In this document: one piece after another, positions 62,737 through 64,000 of the stretch
Layout of the letters: the number at the start of each line of letters is the position of its first letter
Numbering within the stretch: position 1 is the first letter of the stretch
Assembly: GCF_021028975.2 (NCBI RefSeq)
Contig: NC_059436.1
Location: 26,412,001 to 26,476,000, forward strand
Origin: Sphaerodactylus townsendi
Lineage: Eukaryota
DNA length: 64,000 nt
Direction of reading: 5' to 3'
Notes under the pieces: generated by a model
The model's input: the letters and a program-made list of their open reading frames with translations, nothing else
Databases searched by the model: none
Told to the model about the DNA's origin: nothing
Made by a program: the position numbers and the translations under genes

Positions 62737-64000
62737 AATTCCAAAATGGTTTGCCAAAGGATTCAATACTTTCATTTTATTTTAATCTTGTTTTCTTCCC
62801 AGCATTATCAATACACATACACTTATAAAATACTGCAAAAAAGAAACCTTGATGTGAATGTATGAAGATTCTTTTATACAATGTTTTACTGATCCACATA
62901 TATGCTCTTGTGCATAAAAAAAATCTTAGACAGTTTTTTTTACACAACTGTACATGTATTCACATAAAGACTGCTATTTTCTGGCAATATTTTATCAAGG
63001 CACGTGTGCACACTGATAAGGGGGGGATCTGAACTGGAAGCTATAGTAAAAGACAGGTGCTAAACTTTCTATAAACATTCAGAAATAAACCCCCAAAACA
63101 ATGAGGACTCTCTCATGCATCAGTTCTACTATGGGGACAAAACCAGGTTATCCAAAACTTCAAAATCCAGGAAGAAATGTTGATAAAAACTTCAGAAGTA
63201 TCCCTGGTACATTAATGTAAAATATGATGAAGTTACAATTTTATCACACTGCAATGAATGATAAGACAAATTTATGTGTGTTTGGAGGAGCCTTCAGTCT
63301 AGTAAAGGTGCATGCAGATCCTTAGTGTGTTTGCCCATAAATACGCCCAGCCAAAGTAAGTGAGAATTTCTCCCAAGACAGCAAGCGAGCGTGCACTGGG
63401 CTGCAGCAATGTCAAAATGTCAGCCTGGATCTATGTTTGGTTGCTGTGTCCAGCCTGAACTAGTCTGATGTTCAATGGGAAGTGGCAGCGGGTGCTTCAT
63501 TAGTGGCACAAAAGGCCTGTGTGAAAAGTCCAGCGGCCTCTGAGTTATTTTTAACTGGGAAGTAGCCACTGGGTTTAATTAGCTTGCCTGGCAGAAACAT
63601 TTTCTGCTATGGTGTACCAGGCGGACCCATTAATAAGGGCTGCTAAAGGCCCCCTGGTGGGCAAAGCCTTTTTTCCAATTCCATTGTTTTCATTACCACT
63701 TAAGTGCTAACGATCACATCGTCCATTCCTTACATTAAAAGCATGTCTTACACTTAAATCTTCATGGCACGGTCTAGCTCTTGGACTGAAAACCTGCACC
63801 GTCTCTGTGTTTTGCGCAATGCAATTTTACCCAGATGTCTTATTACAGTATTAGCCTGGTGATCCTATCCTAAAGATATATACTTGATGGTAAATTCTAA
63901 TGAAGACTGCAGACTAAGGGGACAGACAGTGCAATTTGATCTGCAGTTACTCCAGTCTAAGCCTATTAGTATCAAAAAGAGGGACCAAATCTGGATAGGA

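Noticed and set aside
51482-64000. Search for the upstream ZMAT4 exon (SRKHASKVRLYYMLHP...)
   Set aside because: Not seen. It probably lies beyond 64000, although the 202-N gap cannot be inspected.

Overview
Vertebrate (squamate, most likely gecko-type, judged from its repeat families) genomic DNA. It appears to lie inside the ZMAT4 gene (matrin-type zinc-finger protein 4) on the minus strand. Three coding exons are present: 51325-51481 (157 nt), 42657-42884 (228 nt) and 5055-5151 (97 nt, missed by the ORF track). All have canonical AG/GT boundaries and compatible phases, and each encodes one Cx2C-x12-H-x5-H finger. The upstream exons and the terminal exon were not found and presumably lie outside the window. 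The rest is intron filled with transposable elements: CR1, L2, L1-like and another RT-bearing LINE remnant; tRNA- and 5S-derived SINEs; Penelope-like fragments; many hAT MITEs with perfect 8-bp target-site duplications (TSDs); Harbinger-like MITEs; a probable solo LTR; microsatellites; and a 202-N gap. Almost all other ORFs in the track are spurious. I did not find a convincing wholly new biological system. The most interesting leads are (i) palindromic hAT MITEs carrying inverted ZNF143/Staf-THAP11-type ACTACA-nTTCCCA sites, (ii) minimal hammerhead-ribozyme motifs in Penelope fragments, one of them sense to ZMAT4 and sitting in a hairpin loop, and (iii) splice-architecture features of ZMAT4. 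Repeat family names are from recall, not from a database search.
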